The notes under the pieces: generated by a model
Databases searched by the model: none
The model's input: only the letters and a program-made list of their open reading frames with translations
Told to the model about the DNA's origin: nothing
Shown here: positions 1-6,799 of the stretch, one piece after another
How the letters are laid out: every line of letters starts with the position of its first letter
Numbering within the stretch: the stretch's first letter is position 1
Made by a program: the position numbers and the translations under genes
Virus record (IMG/VR): IMGVR_UViG_3300025288_001465
Length of the DNA stretch: 25,362 nt
Source: a virus
Taxonomy: Duplodnaviria; Caudoviricetes
Direction: 5' to 3' (one strand)

Positions 1-354
1 ATGAGTAAAAGATTTCACAATCTCGCTTTAGATCAAAGTCGTGAAGACGAAGACCAGGTCACATTTGCGACCCTTACTCTCCTTGAAGGCGGAAAAACGC
101 CCCCAGGGTCGGATTTGGCGAAACGATGCCTCAATTCATTTCCTGTGAGTCAATTTTCCTGTGACCTAAAAGTTTCAGATAGAACCATTCAAAAATGGAA
201 GTCAGGACAAGAACCAATTCCCGAAAATCGAAAGCTTCAGATTGTAGGCATAACGAAGAGCTATTTTATTTCTGACCTGAACCAGTTGGAGGATGAGATC
301 GATCGCATGCTGATGAATCAATACGGCCCAAATGTCGATGGAGGAACTTACTAA
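1..354 (+). CDS. Putative XRE/Cro-like helix-turn-helix DNA-binding protein
   Basis: VSQFSCDLKVSDRTIQKWKSGQEPIP matches the HTH pattern (LxVSxxTIxxWxxG..P); stop overlaps next ATG; start at the window edge is uncertain. Confidence 0.6.
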   Translation: MSKRFHNLALDQSREDEDQVTFATLTLLEGGKTPPGSDLAKRCLNSFPVSQFSCDLKVSDRTIQKWKSGQEPIPENRKLQIVGITKSYFISDLNQLEDEIDRMLMNQYGPNVDGGTY

Positions 355-569
355 TGGTTATCATGGACGCAAAACAGGCTGCTGAGTTCTTATCAATTGC
401 TCCAAACACATTAAGAAGATTAGCGAGTGAAGGCCATGTTCCATGTAAACGAATTGGAACTGGTTCTCGACCTATTTACAGGTTTGTGAAGTCAAAACTT
501 GAAGCATGGCTCACAGAAGAACCTCCATTTGTTGACCCTAGAAGAATTAAGACAGGAGATAAGTCATGA
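354..569 (+). CDS. Excisionase-like / HTH_17 DNA-binding protein
   Basis: MDAKQAAEFLSIAPNTLRRLASEGHVPCKRIG...YRF...LEAWL is the typical HTH_17 winged-helix signature; GGAGG RBS upstream. Confidence 0.85.
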   Translation: MVIMDAKQAAEFLSIAPNTLRRLASEGHVPCKRIGTGSRPIYRFVKSKLEAWLTEEPPFVDPRRIKTGDKS

Positions 570-841
570 GTACCAATGACTACTACGATCATAACGATGA
601 ATATGGTGACAAAATGGCAGATGAAGGAAAAGCGCCTTGCGAAGCGTGTGCAGAATATTTTCCTGAAGAAGAACTCAACAAACTTGATGGATGCGATTTT
701 TGTGAATCTTGCCACAGAAAAATTTTAACAGGGGAAACCCTTCTGAATTTTCAACTCATTAAAGAGTCAATGATTGAAATGTTTAACAGAAGATTTGTGA
801 AAGGAGTGCGCAATGCAAAAGCTTTGGCTTCCAATTCTTGA
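566..841 (+). CDS. Hypothetical protein with Cys-rich (CxxC...CxxCxxC) zinc-finger-like motif
   Basis: CEAC and CDFCESCH motifs; ATGA overlap with upstream gene; AGGAG RBS. Confidence 0.7.
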   Translation: MSTNDYYDHNDEYGDKMADEGKAPCEACAEYFPEEELNKLDGCDFCESCHRKILTGETLLNFQLIKESMIEMFNRRFVKGVRNAKALASNS

Positions 842-974
842 ACACAAAATGAGACTCATCACAGGAATGCAGTTAATCCGGCAGCTTAAAAAGCAAAAGG
901 TTTCAAAGAAACCTAAAAAAGAAGAACTTCTAAAGGATCACAAATTAAACAAAGAAGTCAGAGGTAAATCGTGA
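813..974 (+). CDS. Small basic hypothetical protein (53 aa, MQKLWLPILEHKMRL...EVRGKS); not in ORF track
   Basis: Manual translation; AAGGAG at 801-806 precedes ATG 813; its stop overlaps the next GTG (GTGA 971-974). Confidence 0.65.
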   Translation: MQKLWLPILEHKMRLITGMQLIRQLKKQKVSKKPKKEELLKDHKLNKEVRGKS

Positions 975-1147
975 GTACGCAAGAACAAATTATCGAAGCT
1001 ACCAGAAGATACTTTGATTTGGAACGTGATGTAAAAATAGCAAGGCAGCAACTCAACGAAAGACTGAAGGACGACAAGGAAGATGTAGCAAGAAAAATGA
1101 ATGAACTTGGTCAAGGCGATTTGTTTGAAACAGATAACGAGGAATAA
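971..1147 (+). CDS. Small helical/coiled-coil hypothetical protein (58 aa, MSTQEQIIEATRRYF...GQGDLFETDNEE); not in ORF track
   Basis: Manual translation; GAGG at 961-964, GTG start coupled to the upstream stop; fills the gap before 1165. Confidence 0.7.
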   Translation: MSTQEQIIEATRRYFDLERDVKIARQQLNERLKDDKEDVARKMNELGQGDLFETDNEE

Positions 1148-1164
1148 GAACTCTAGGGGGATTC

Positions 1165-1980
1165 ATGAATGACACAAAAGAAATTGTTGTTACTGAAGAA
1201 CAATCATTGATTGACCCTTTAGAGGCAATGCAACGTTGTGAAAAACTCTATCAGGAAAGACTTTCGTTAGCGATTAAGGCTACAACTGAAAATGATTGGA
1301 TTGCACAAGGCGATAATCCTTATTTACGTGAGTCAGGTTCTCAAAAAATTGCAGCGCGGTTTGGCATTTGCATCAGCGATATGACCATTGAACGTGAGAA
1401 TATTGATGACGAAAATGGTCGATATTATGTCTACACAGTTACTGGTATAGCTACGTGGCCAGCCGTTGGAAGGTCAATTCAAGAGATAGGAGTTTGTTCA
1501 TCACGTGATGCTTTCTTTGGAAAAAACAAAGGTATTCTTAAACCAGTTCAAGATGTTGATATAGCAAATATCAAAAAATCAGCCGTCACAAATTTTATGG
1601 GACGAGCACTTTTGAAAATACTTGGACTTGGAGGTCTCACTTGGGATGACTTAGGGAAGCAGGGAATTAGTAAAAAGGGAACAGCTACTGTTCGCTATGA
1701 CAAAGGTGGGTCAAAGGCTGCCAATACGAAAAAAACACAGAATGCCGAGAAAAAGAATAATAGTCCATTTTGGACGGCTGATTATAATAGAAAACGTTTT
1801 ATTTTTGCTCGCGTAGGAAAACATTTCTCTCAAGACTTTCTCGATAATTTCGGATTTAAAGAATCAGAAAAGCAAAAAGGTCTTTATTACCAGGAGTCAA
1901 ATCCTGATTTAGAAAATTCACTCAAAGATGAATTTGAAGCTGCTAAGGATGCATTGAAAAATGAAGGGAGCACTAAGTGA
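1165..1980 (+). CDS. Putative single-strand annealing (recombination) protein
   Basis: PYLRESGSQKIAARFGI, GVCSS and NIKKSAVTN motifs resemble phage Rad52-fold-like annealases; translationally coupled to an exonuclease; GGGG RBS. Confidence 0.55.
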   Translation: MNDTKEIVVTEEQSLIDPLEAMQRCEKLYQERLSLAIKATTENDWIAQGDNPYLRESGSQKIAARFGICISDMTIERENIDDENGRYYVYTVTGIATWPAVGRSIQEIGVCSSRDAFFGKNKGILKPVQDVDIANIKKSAVTNFMGRALLKILGLGGLTWDDLGKQGISKKGTATVRYDKGGSKAANTKKTQNAEKKNNSPFWTADYNRKRFIFARVGKHFSQDFLDNFGFKESEKQKGLYYQESNPDLENSLKDEFEAAKDALKNEGSTK

Positions 1981-2660
1981 ACCTTCAAGTTCAAGAACAT
2001 CAAGAGCTTCCCGATATTGAAGGTGCCTGGAAAAAATATAAGCGTGGAAGAATAAAACAGTTTCCTCAAAATAACTTGAGGGCTTCATCTGTGGGCCACC
2101 CATGTGATCGCTACCACTATTATTGCATTAAGAATTGGAGAGAGCGGCCCCTACATAATGAAGTTCTTCAATCAATTTTTGATGAAGGCAACCTACAAGA
2201 AAGATCAGTTATTCAATCGCTTCAAGAGATGGGTTTTGAAGTTATCAATCAGCAACGATCATTCCAATTGGATAACCCGCTTATCACAGGCCATGTTGAT
2301 GGTATTCTACGATGGAAAGAACATGACTTTCCATTTGATGTTAAATCTATTTCACCTCACGATTTTCCAAAGTTAGTATCCGCAGAGGATTTTCTCTATT
2401 CAAAGAAGTTGCACCAAAGAAATTATATCGCACAGCTTCAAATTTACTTGCTGATAACAAACAATCCTATTGGATGTTTAATCACTAAAAACAAGCTGAC
2501 AGGACAGCCAAAAGTTATTTGGACACAGCAAGAAACAGTTACTCTCATTTTAAAAGAGTTTTTTATTAAGCAGAATGGTCACGAGAATCTTTGCACTTCT
2601 TGTTATCAGTGCAATAGGTCTAAATCAAACAAACTTCTTTCTGAATGGGGAGATTGTTGA
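1977..2660 (+). CDS. Cas4-like / PD-(D/E)XK phage exonuclease with atypical C-terminus
   Basis: RASSVGHPCDR (first Cys), FDEGN, ITGHVDGIL, DVKS and QLQIY motifs of RecB/Cas4-type nucleases. Confidence 0.8.
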   Translation: MNLQVQEHQELPDIEGAWKKYKRGRIKQFPQNNLRASSVGHPCDRYHYYCIKNWRERPLHNEVLQSIFDEGNLQERSVIQSLQEMGFEVINQQRSFQLDNPLITGHVDGILRWKEHDFPFDVKSISPHDFPKLVSAEDFLYSKKLHQRNYIAQLQIYLLITNNPIGCLITKNKLTGQPKVIWTQQETVTLILKEFFIKQNGHENLCTSCYQCNRSKSNKLLSEWGDC

Positions 2661-3580
2661 TGCACTACTATCAGTTCAATATTGCAGACTATAGAAAGGA
2701 CACAGGTCACCTTTCTCCGATTGAGCATTACATTTATCGTTCATTACTTGATTGTATGTATCTCAATGAAATACCAATACCCACCGATAACCCACTGGTT
2801 TTGCGTCGGTTAGGATTGGGTTCTGAATATGAGAAGGAATTAAAAAATGTGTTCACTGATTTCTTCGAATTGACAGAAAAAGGTTATATTCAAAGTCGAG
2901 TCATGAATGAAATCGAAGAGTATAAAGCATTTCTGAACAAACAATCGATAAATGGAAAGAAAGGTGGAAGGACCAAAAAACAAGAAGTTACAAGAGAAAA
3001 TAACCCAAAAAAAACCACCGCTTTTCCAAACAAAACCCAACATAAACCCAAAAAAAGCCTAACCACTAACCATAAACCACTAACCACTAACCATAGGGAT
3101 ATATATATACCCGTTTTTAATTTTTGGAATTCTCAGAAAATTATTCAGCACAAAGGCATGACGAAAGAAATTTGTAGCGCAATCTCTAGCGCCCTCAAAA
3201 AAATGAAGGAACTTGAGGCGAGTGGCGATGATGAGGCTGTGGCGATAATCAAACAGGCGATTCAAAACTATGCCAAGGTTCTGCATTCTGAGCAGCATTA
3301 CTTCGATCACAAATGGACTTTGAAAGATTTTCTCAAGCGCGGTCTTGATAGATTTTTCAACGAAGCAGATCCATTGAATAATTTTTTACGAAAGGAGTTT
3401 CTGAATGGGAAAATGTCAGCAAATCGAAATATCCAAGCAATCGAAGAATGGGCAAATGATCCAACTCCCGCGGGAAGTCTTCCATCAAGGAATGAAGATT
3501 ATCAGCGGTCACTTCCCAAACCTTTCGATGACGAAGGAGAAGGTTCAGATTTGGAGTCAAATGCTGTCGGATTTGAGTGA
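2660..3580 (+). CDS. Replication initiator, DUF1376/YdaU family (O-like)
   Basis: N-terminus MHYYQFNIADYRKDTGHLSPIEHYIYRSLLD...Y and NGKKGGR motif are typical of DUF1376; ATG 2660 overlaps the upstream stop with GGGGAG RBS (ORF track starts at 2645). Confidence 0.85.
   Translation: MHYYQFNIADYRKDTGHLSPIEHYIYRSLLDCMYLNEIPIPTDNPLVLRRLGLGSEYEKELKNVFTDFFELTEKGYIQSRVMNEIEEYKAFLNKQSINGKKGGRTKKQEVTRENNPKKTTAFPNKTQHKPKKSLTTNHKPLTTNHRDIYIPVFNFWNSQKIIQHKGMTKEICSAISSALKKMKELEASGDDEAVAIIKQAIQNYAKVLHSEQHYFDHKWTLKDFLKRGLDRFFNEADPLNNFLRKEFLNGKMSANRNIQAIEEWANDPTPAGSLPSRNEDYQRSLPKPFDDEGEGSDLESNAVGFE
3001..3112. repeat. A/C-rich iteron-like tract inside the initiator gene; candidate replication origin
   Basis: AACCCA x3 in 3002-3050; TAACCACTAACCATA at 3060-3074 and 3081-3095 (21-bp period); then GGG-ATATATATATA-CCC at 3096-3112. 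The repeat is seen directly; origin function is inferred. Confidence 0.55.
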
Positions 3581-3917
3581 GGAGGAGTTTATTCGTGGAA
3601 TAAAAGCATTCTGTTTAAAACACAAAGAATTATATCCGAACACAAACTTAATTGCTTACATTCGTGAATATGCTTTTGAAGATTTTAAAACAAAAGATGA
3701 ATTTGAATCTTGGGAAGAAGTTTTAAGGCAAGTATCTCGACAGGGATGCTCAGGAATACCTCAGTTTAGTACAGAGGAAATAAAGCGAGCTGTGCATATG
3801 ATTGGTTGGAGAGATATTTGCATGAGTGAAAACATCGGAGTTGAACGGGCACATTTTGCAAAAGCTTACAAACAAATCATTGAGAAAAAACGAAGTAAGA
3901 GACTGTCAATGGATTGA
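3456..3917 (+). CDS. Replicative helicase loader/inhibitor (G39P-like)
   Basis: IWSQMLSDL...YP...IAYIRE, ESWEEVL, AVHMIGWRDICMSENIGVERAHFAKAY pattern; immediately follows the initiator; start uncertain (3405 or 3456). Confidence 0.7.
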   Translation: MIQLPREVFHQGMKIISGHFPNLSMTKEKVQIWSQMLSDLSEEEFIRGIKAFCLKHKELYPNTNLIAYIREYAFEDFKTKDEFESWEEVLRQVSRQGCSGIPQFSTEEIKRAVHMIGWRDICMSENIGVERAHFAKAYKQIIEKKRSKRLSMD

Positions 3918-3938
3918 AAGATTTAGGGGGAAAATATT

Positions 3939-4289
3939 GTGCGACAATTGAGACTTTCAGAAAAGGACATAACACGCCAAATTAGTGATTATCTAAAACA
4001 CCTTAAAGTCTTTCATTGGAAACAATATCAAGTTTTAGGGTCAACCCTAGGCATTCCAGATATTATAGGAATCATGCCAGATGGAAGTGGTAGAGCGTTG
4101 ATGATTGAGGTAAAAACGGAACGTGGAATAGTTTCAGATCATCAAAAAAGAGTTTTGGAAAATTCACGAGAGTTGGGAGCTATAGCATTTGTTGCAAGAA
4201 GTCTTGAGGATGTTGTTGAGAAGCTATCATTTCTGCCACAGCAAGAGCATTTTATTTTTCAAAATTTTAAGGTTGGGGGGACTGATTGA
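3939..4289 (+). CDS. VRR-NUC domain nuclease (putative Holliday junction resolvase)
   Basis: SEKDI..QI..YL, GIPDIIG, IEVKTERG.VS..Q, G.IAFVARS motifs. Confidence 0.9.
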   Translation: MRQLRLSEKDITRQISDYLKHLKVFHWKQYQVLGSTLGIPDIIGIMPDGSGRALMIEVKTERGIVSDHQKRVLENSRELGAIAFVARSLEDVVEKLSFLPQQEHFIFQNFKVGGTD

Positions 4290-4705
4290 TGGCGGAGGAA
4301 AAAACAAAGATAAAGAGAAAAAGAACTAAGCATGGTTGTTGGGATGAAAATGTTAGGAGAAATTTTCGTGAGGCTGTAGACCGTATGGGAAGCAAAGCTA
4401 ACTTTTCACGTTATTTTAAAATGAATCGAGCAATTATCAGTGAAGCTTATAATGGAAATACGCCAATATCACAAAGGTTACAAGATGCTGCTCAAAAGGT
4501 TTTAGAAATGAAAATGTACTCTCCAGAGCAACTATTGAATAAGATGGTAACACATCCCAAAATAACAGGTCAATGTAAGATTGTTTTTGTCGGAAGCGAT
4601 ATTGTGGTTGTGAAAATCAATGGTGGTAATGAACTGGTAGTTAATAAAGATGAAAGATTTAAACCGATCACCGTTAGGAGTATAAATAACTATGCAGAGT
4701 CTTAA
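4289..4705 (+). CDS. Putative HTH DNA-binding protein
   Basis: GSKANFSRYFKMNRAIISEAYNGNTPIS resembles a Cro/XRE HTH; TGATG coupling to VRR-NUC. Confidence 0.5.
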   Translation: MAEEKTKIKRKRTKHGCWDENVRRNFREAVDRMGSKANFSRYFKMNRAIISEAYNGNTPISQRLQDAAQKVLEMKMYSPEQLLNKMVTHPKITGQCKIVFVGSDIVVVKINGGNELVVNKDERFKPITVRSINNYAES

Positions 4706-5120
4706 TCGTGTTCAGTTGATTGGAACAATAGGCATAGAGCCTCAAACTGGAAAAACAAAGGATGGAAAGGCTTTTGCGGTGCTTTCTGTAGCTTGTGCCA
4801 ATGAGTTCAAGCTAAAAAATGGAAAGACACGTGAATTCGTTGATTGGATAAGTGTTAATCTCTATGGGAGCCTTGCCTATCTAGTACGTGAAAAAAGTTG
4901 CATGGGACAAAAGGTGTTTATTGAAGGCCCGTTGAAGGTTTCCGGATATACTTTAAATAAAGAACGTCAAAAAACGTATTATTACATCCTGGCACATAAG
5001 TTGATTTTGCTTTCTGAATTTCCATCAGCAAAAAAGACTTTTTCTGATGAAGAAGCAGTTTTTCCAAAGGCTCATGATATTGAGCAGAATGATGAAGAAC
5101 AAATGCAGGAGGGGGAATGA
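4692..5120 (+). CDS. ssb: Single-stranded DNA-binding protein
   Basis: SLNRVQLIG.IG.EP, VDW..V..YG.LA, G.KVFIEG.L OB-fold motifs; acidic tail. Confidence 0.9.
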   Translation: MQSLNRVQLIGTIGIEPQTGKTKDGKAFAVLSVACANEFKLKNGKTREFVDWISVNLYGSLAYLVREKSCMGQKVFIEGPLKVSGYTLNKERQKTYYYILAHKLILLSEFPSAKKTFSDEEAVFPKAHDIEQNDEEQMQEGE

Positions 5121-5728
5121 CTTTAATTATTAATGCAGAAGAATTGTTAAAGGATTTGCCAAAGAAGTTAAATACTTTCAAAAACAAATCCCTTACCAGT
5201 GCTCTACAAAGGACTGTGAATGATACGATCCGTAAAGCCAGAACTGTGTCAAATGATCGTATTAGAGAGTTTAGAAAAATAAAGAAGGGAGAATTGAATA
5301 AGGATTTTCTGAAAATGAAACTTTCAAAAGCCTCAAAAAATCTAGAAAAAATTTCATCCGAACTTACGATTATTGATAGAAAAGTGACACTGATACGTTT
5401 TTTAGTGGGCAAAAAATCTGCTCCAAGACCGAATTTGAAAGGGGTTAAGATTAAGAAGCGTAGAAGGATACAGATACAAATTGAGCCTGGTAAAAAGACG
5501 ATTTTAAGAAAATCATTTGTTGCAATAGGTAAAGGTGGAAGCCCTCAAATATTTTTCAGGGGTAAAAACAAAAAAGGAAATAAGGCTTTAAAAATACGAA
5601 AAACACATTCTCCAGCAATCTTGTTCAGAAGAGAGAAGTTTAGAGCTCCAGTCGACAAAGTAATACAAGATGAATTTGAGAAAAATTATCATAAGCAAAT
5701 AAAGCTAGAGTTGGAGAGGTTGAGTTGA
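5117..5728 (+). CDS. Lambda gpZ-like (minor tail/neck) basic protein
   Basis: ALQRTVNDT..KART, SFVAIGKGG..QIFFRGK and K..FEK...LERL resemble gpZ-family proteins; very Lys/Arg-rich. Confidence 0.6.
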   Translation: MTLIINAEELLKDLPKKLNTFKNKSLTSALQRTVNDTIRKARTVSNDRIREFRKIKKGELNKDFLKMKLSKASKNLEKISSELTIIDRKVTLIRFLVGKKSAPRPNLKGVKIKKRRRIQIQIEPGKKTILRKSFVAIGKGGSPQIFFRGKNKKGNKALKIRKTHSPAILFRREKFRAPVDKVIQDEFEKNYHKQIKLELERLS

Positions 5729-5732
5729 GATT

Positions 5733-5936
5733 ATGAGCAATAAGCAAATTTGCAGAGAAGTTTACTCACAAACAAAGAAATATTGCTATGATGTTGAGGG
5801 CTTTCGTTACTGTAAGAAAATTCATAACACGATTAACATCTGTTTTCCGAAGTCTGAGAATGTAATTGAGACGATGCAAAGGCTTGAGAAAATTCTGAAA
5901 GGACTTAATGGGATGGGAGAGAGGCTGAAGAAGTAA
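5733..5936 (+). CDS. Hypothetical protein
   Basis: 67-aa ORF 4 nt after the previous stop, with upstream GAGG; no motif recognised. Confidence 0.55.
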   Translation: MSNKQICREVYSQTKKYCYDVEGFRYCKKIHNTINICFPKSENVIETMQRLEKILKGLNGMGERLKK

Positions 5937-6110
5937 CAACATGCTAAAAGGTGAAAATCATGGATGAACTTTTAAATTTTATTAGGAGTGATGTAAGAAA
6001 CTCGGCTTTATTTTTGTTTGTGCTTTTAGGGATTTTTGTTTGCTTAGCTGGTATTAAACCACGCGGGCTTGCAGGTGCACATAAACTTAGACCAACTTTT
6101 GAAAAAATTT

Positions 6111-6152
6111 GGGTCCTTCCCAATAGTGTTGTGAAGAGGCTGGCAAGCTCCC
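6111..6152 (+). other. Candidate cos site (cosQ plus cosN-like dyad)
   Basis: GGGTCCT at 6111-6117 is identical to lambda cosQ; imperfect palindrome GCTGGCAAGC at 6139-6148; located just upstream of a gpA-type terminase operon. Confidence 0.6.
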
Positions 6153-6199
6153 AAAAAACGTCTAGTTACAGAAATCTGTTTATATAGGTCTACCTTTAA

Positions 6200-6212
6200 A
6201 ATCAACATGTTG
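6200..6212 (+). promoter_or_regulatory. IHF binding site (cosB I1-like)
   Basis: AATCAACATGTTG matches the WATCAANNNNTTR consensus exactly, between the candidate cosN and the small terminase gene. Confidence 0.6.
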
Positions 6213-6217
6213 CGGAG

Positions 6218-6799
6218 TTGAGTTTGGCGAAGAAAAAAACGATCACAAAAAAATCAAAGAAAATGCGTATTCGTGAATATGCTCGTTACAAAGGTGTGCC
6301 TCAGAGCACCATTCAATATTCCATAAAAACTGGTATCATCGGGAGAACTAAGGACGGTTGGATTGATGTAAAAAAGGCTGATGTTCAATGGGAAGAAAAT
6401 CGAGACCCAAGTTATACCAAGGATAGCAATAAAAGCACAAAGTTTGATTTGCAACGTGAGAAGCAGATTGCGTCTGAAAGTGTTGATCTTGGAAAAATCA
6501 AAGGAAAATCTCTTAAAGACTTTAGGACTGCTGAAAGACGCTATAAAGCAGAGTTGGCGAGACTTGAATACTTGGAAAAAAGTTCGAGTTTGATTTCTGC
6601 TGAGGAAGTCAAAAGAGGTGCTTTTAAATGTGGTCGAATTTTCAGGGATGGAGTGCTGAATTTAATACAACGTATTGCAAGCGAACTGGCTATTATGCAG
6701 GGGAAAAATGAGCATGAAATCAGTGCCTATCTCGATAGAGAAGCACATAAGATGCTAACGGACTTATCACATGAGAATAAATGGGGAAAGCGTCCATGA
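6218..6799 (+). CDS. Terminase small subunit (Nu1-like position, N-terminal HTH)
   Basis: IREYARYKGVPQSTI..SIKTG HTH, then A.RRYKAELARLEY...LIS.EEV coiled coil; overlaps the large subunit; start may be 6218, 6224 or 6263. Confidence 0.8.
   Translation: MSLAKKKTITKKSKKMRIREYARYKGVPQSTIQYSIKTGIIGRTKDGWIDVKKADVQWEENRDPSYTKDSNKSTKFDLQREKQIASESVDLGKIKGKSLKDFRTAERRYKAELARLEYLEKSSSLISAEEVKRGAFKCGRIFRDGVLNLIQRIASELAIMQGKNEHEISAYLDREAHKMLTDLSHENKWGKRP

Noticed and set aside
1977-2660. CRISPR-associated Cas4
   Set aside because: No cas1/cas2 or repeat-spacer array in the window; context is annealase plus replication genes, i.e. a phage exonuclease.
5951-6187. 78-aa ORF with a hydrophobic stretch (holin-like?)
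   Set aside because: Only one hydrophobic segment, arising from T-rich repeats; it overlaps the candidate cos region and has no adjacent endolysin. Probably spurious, though not excluded.
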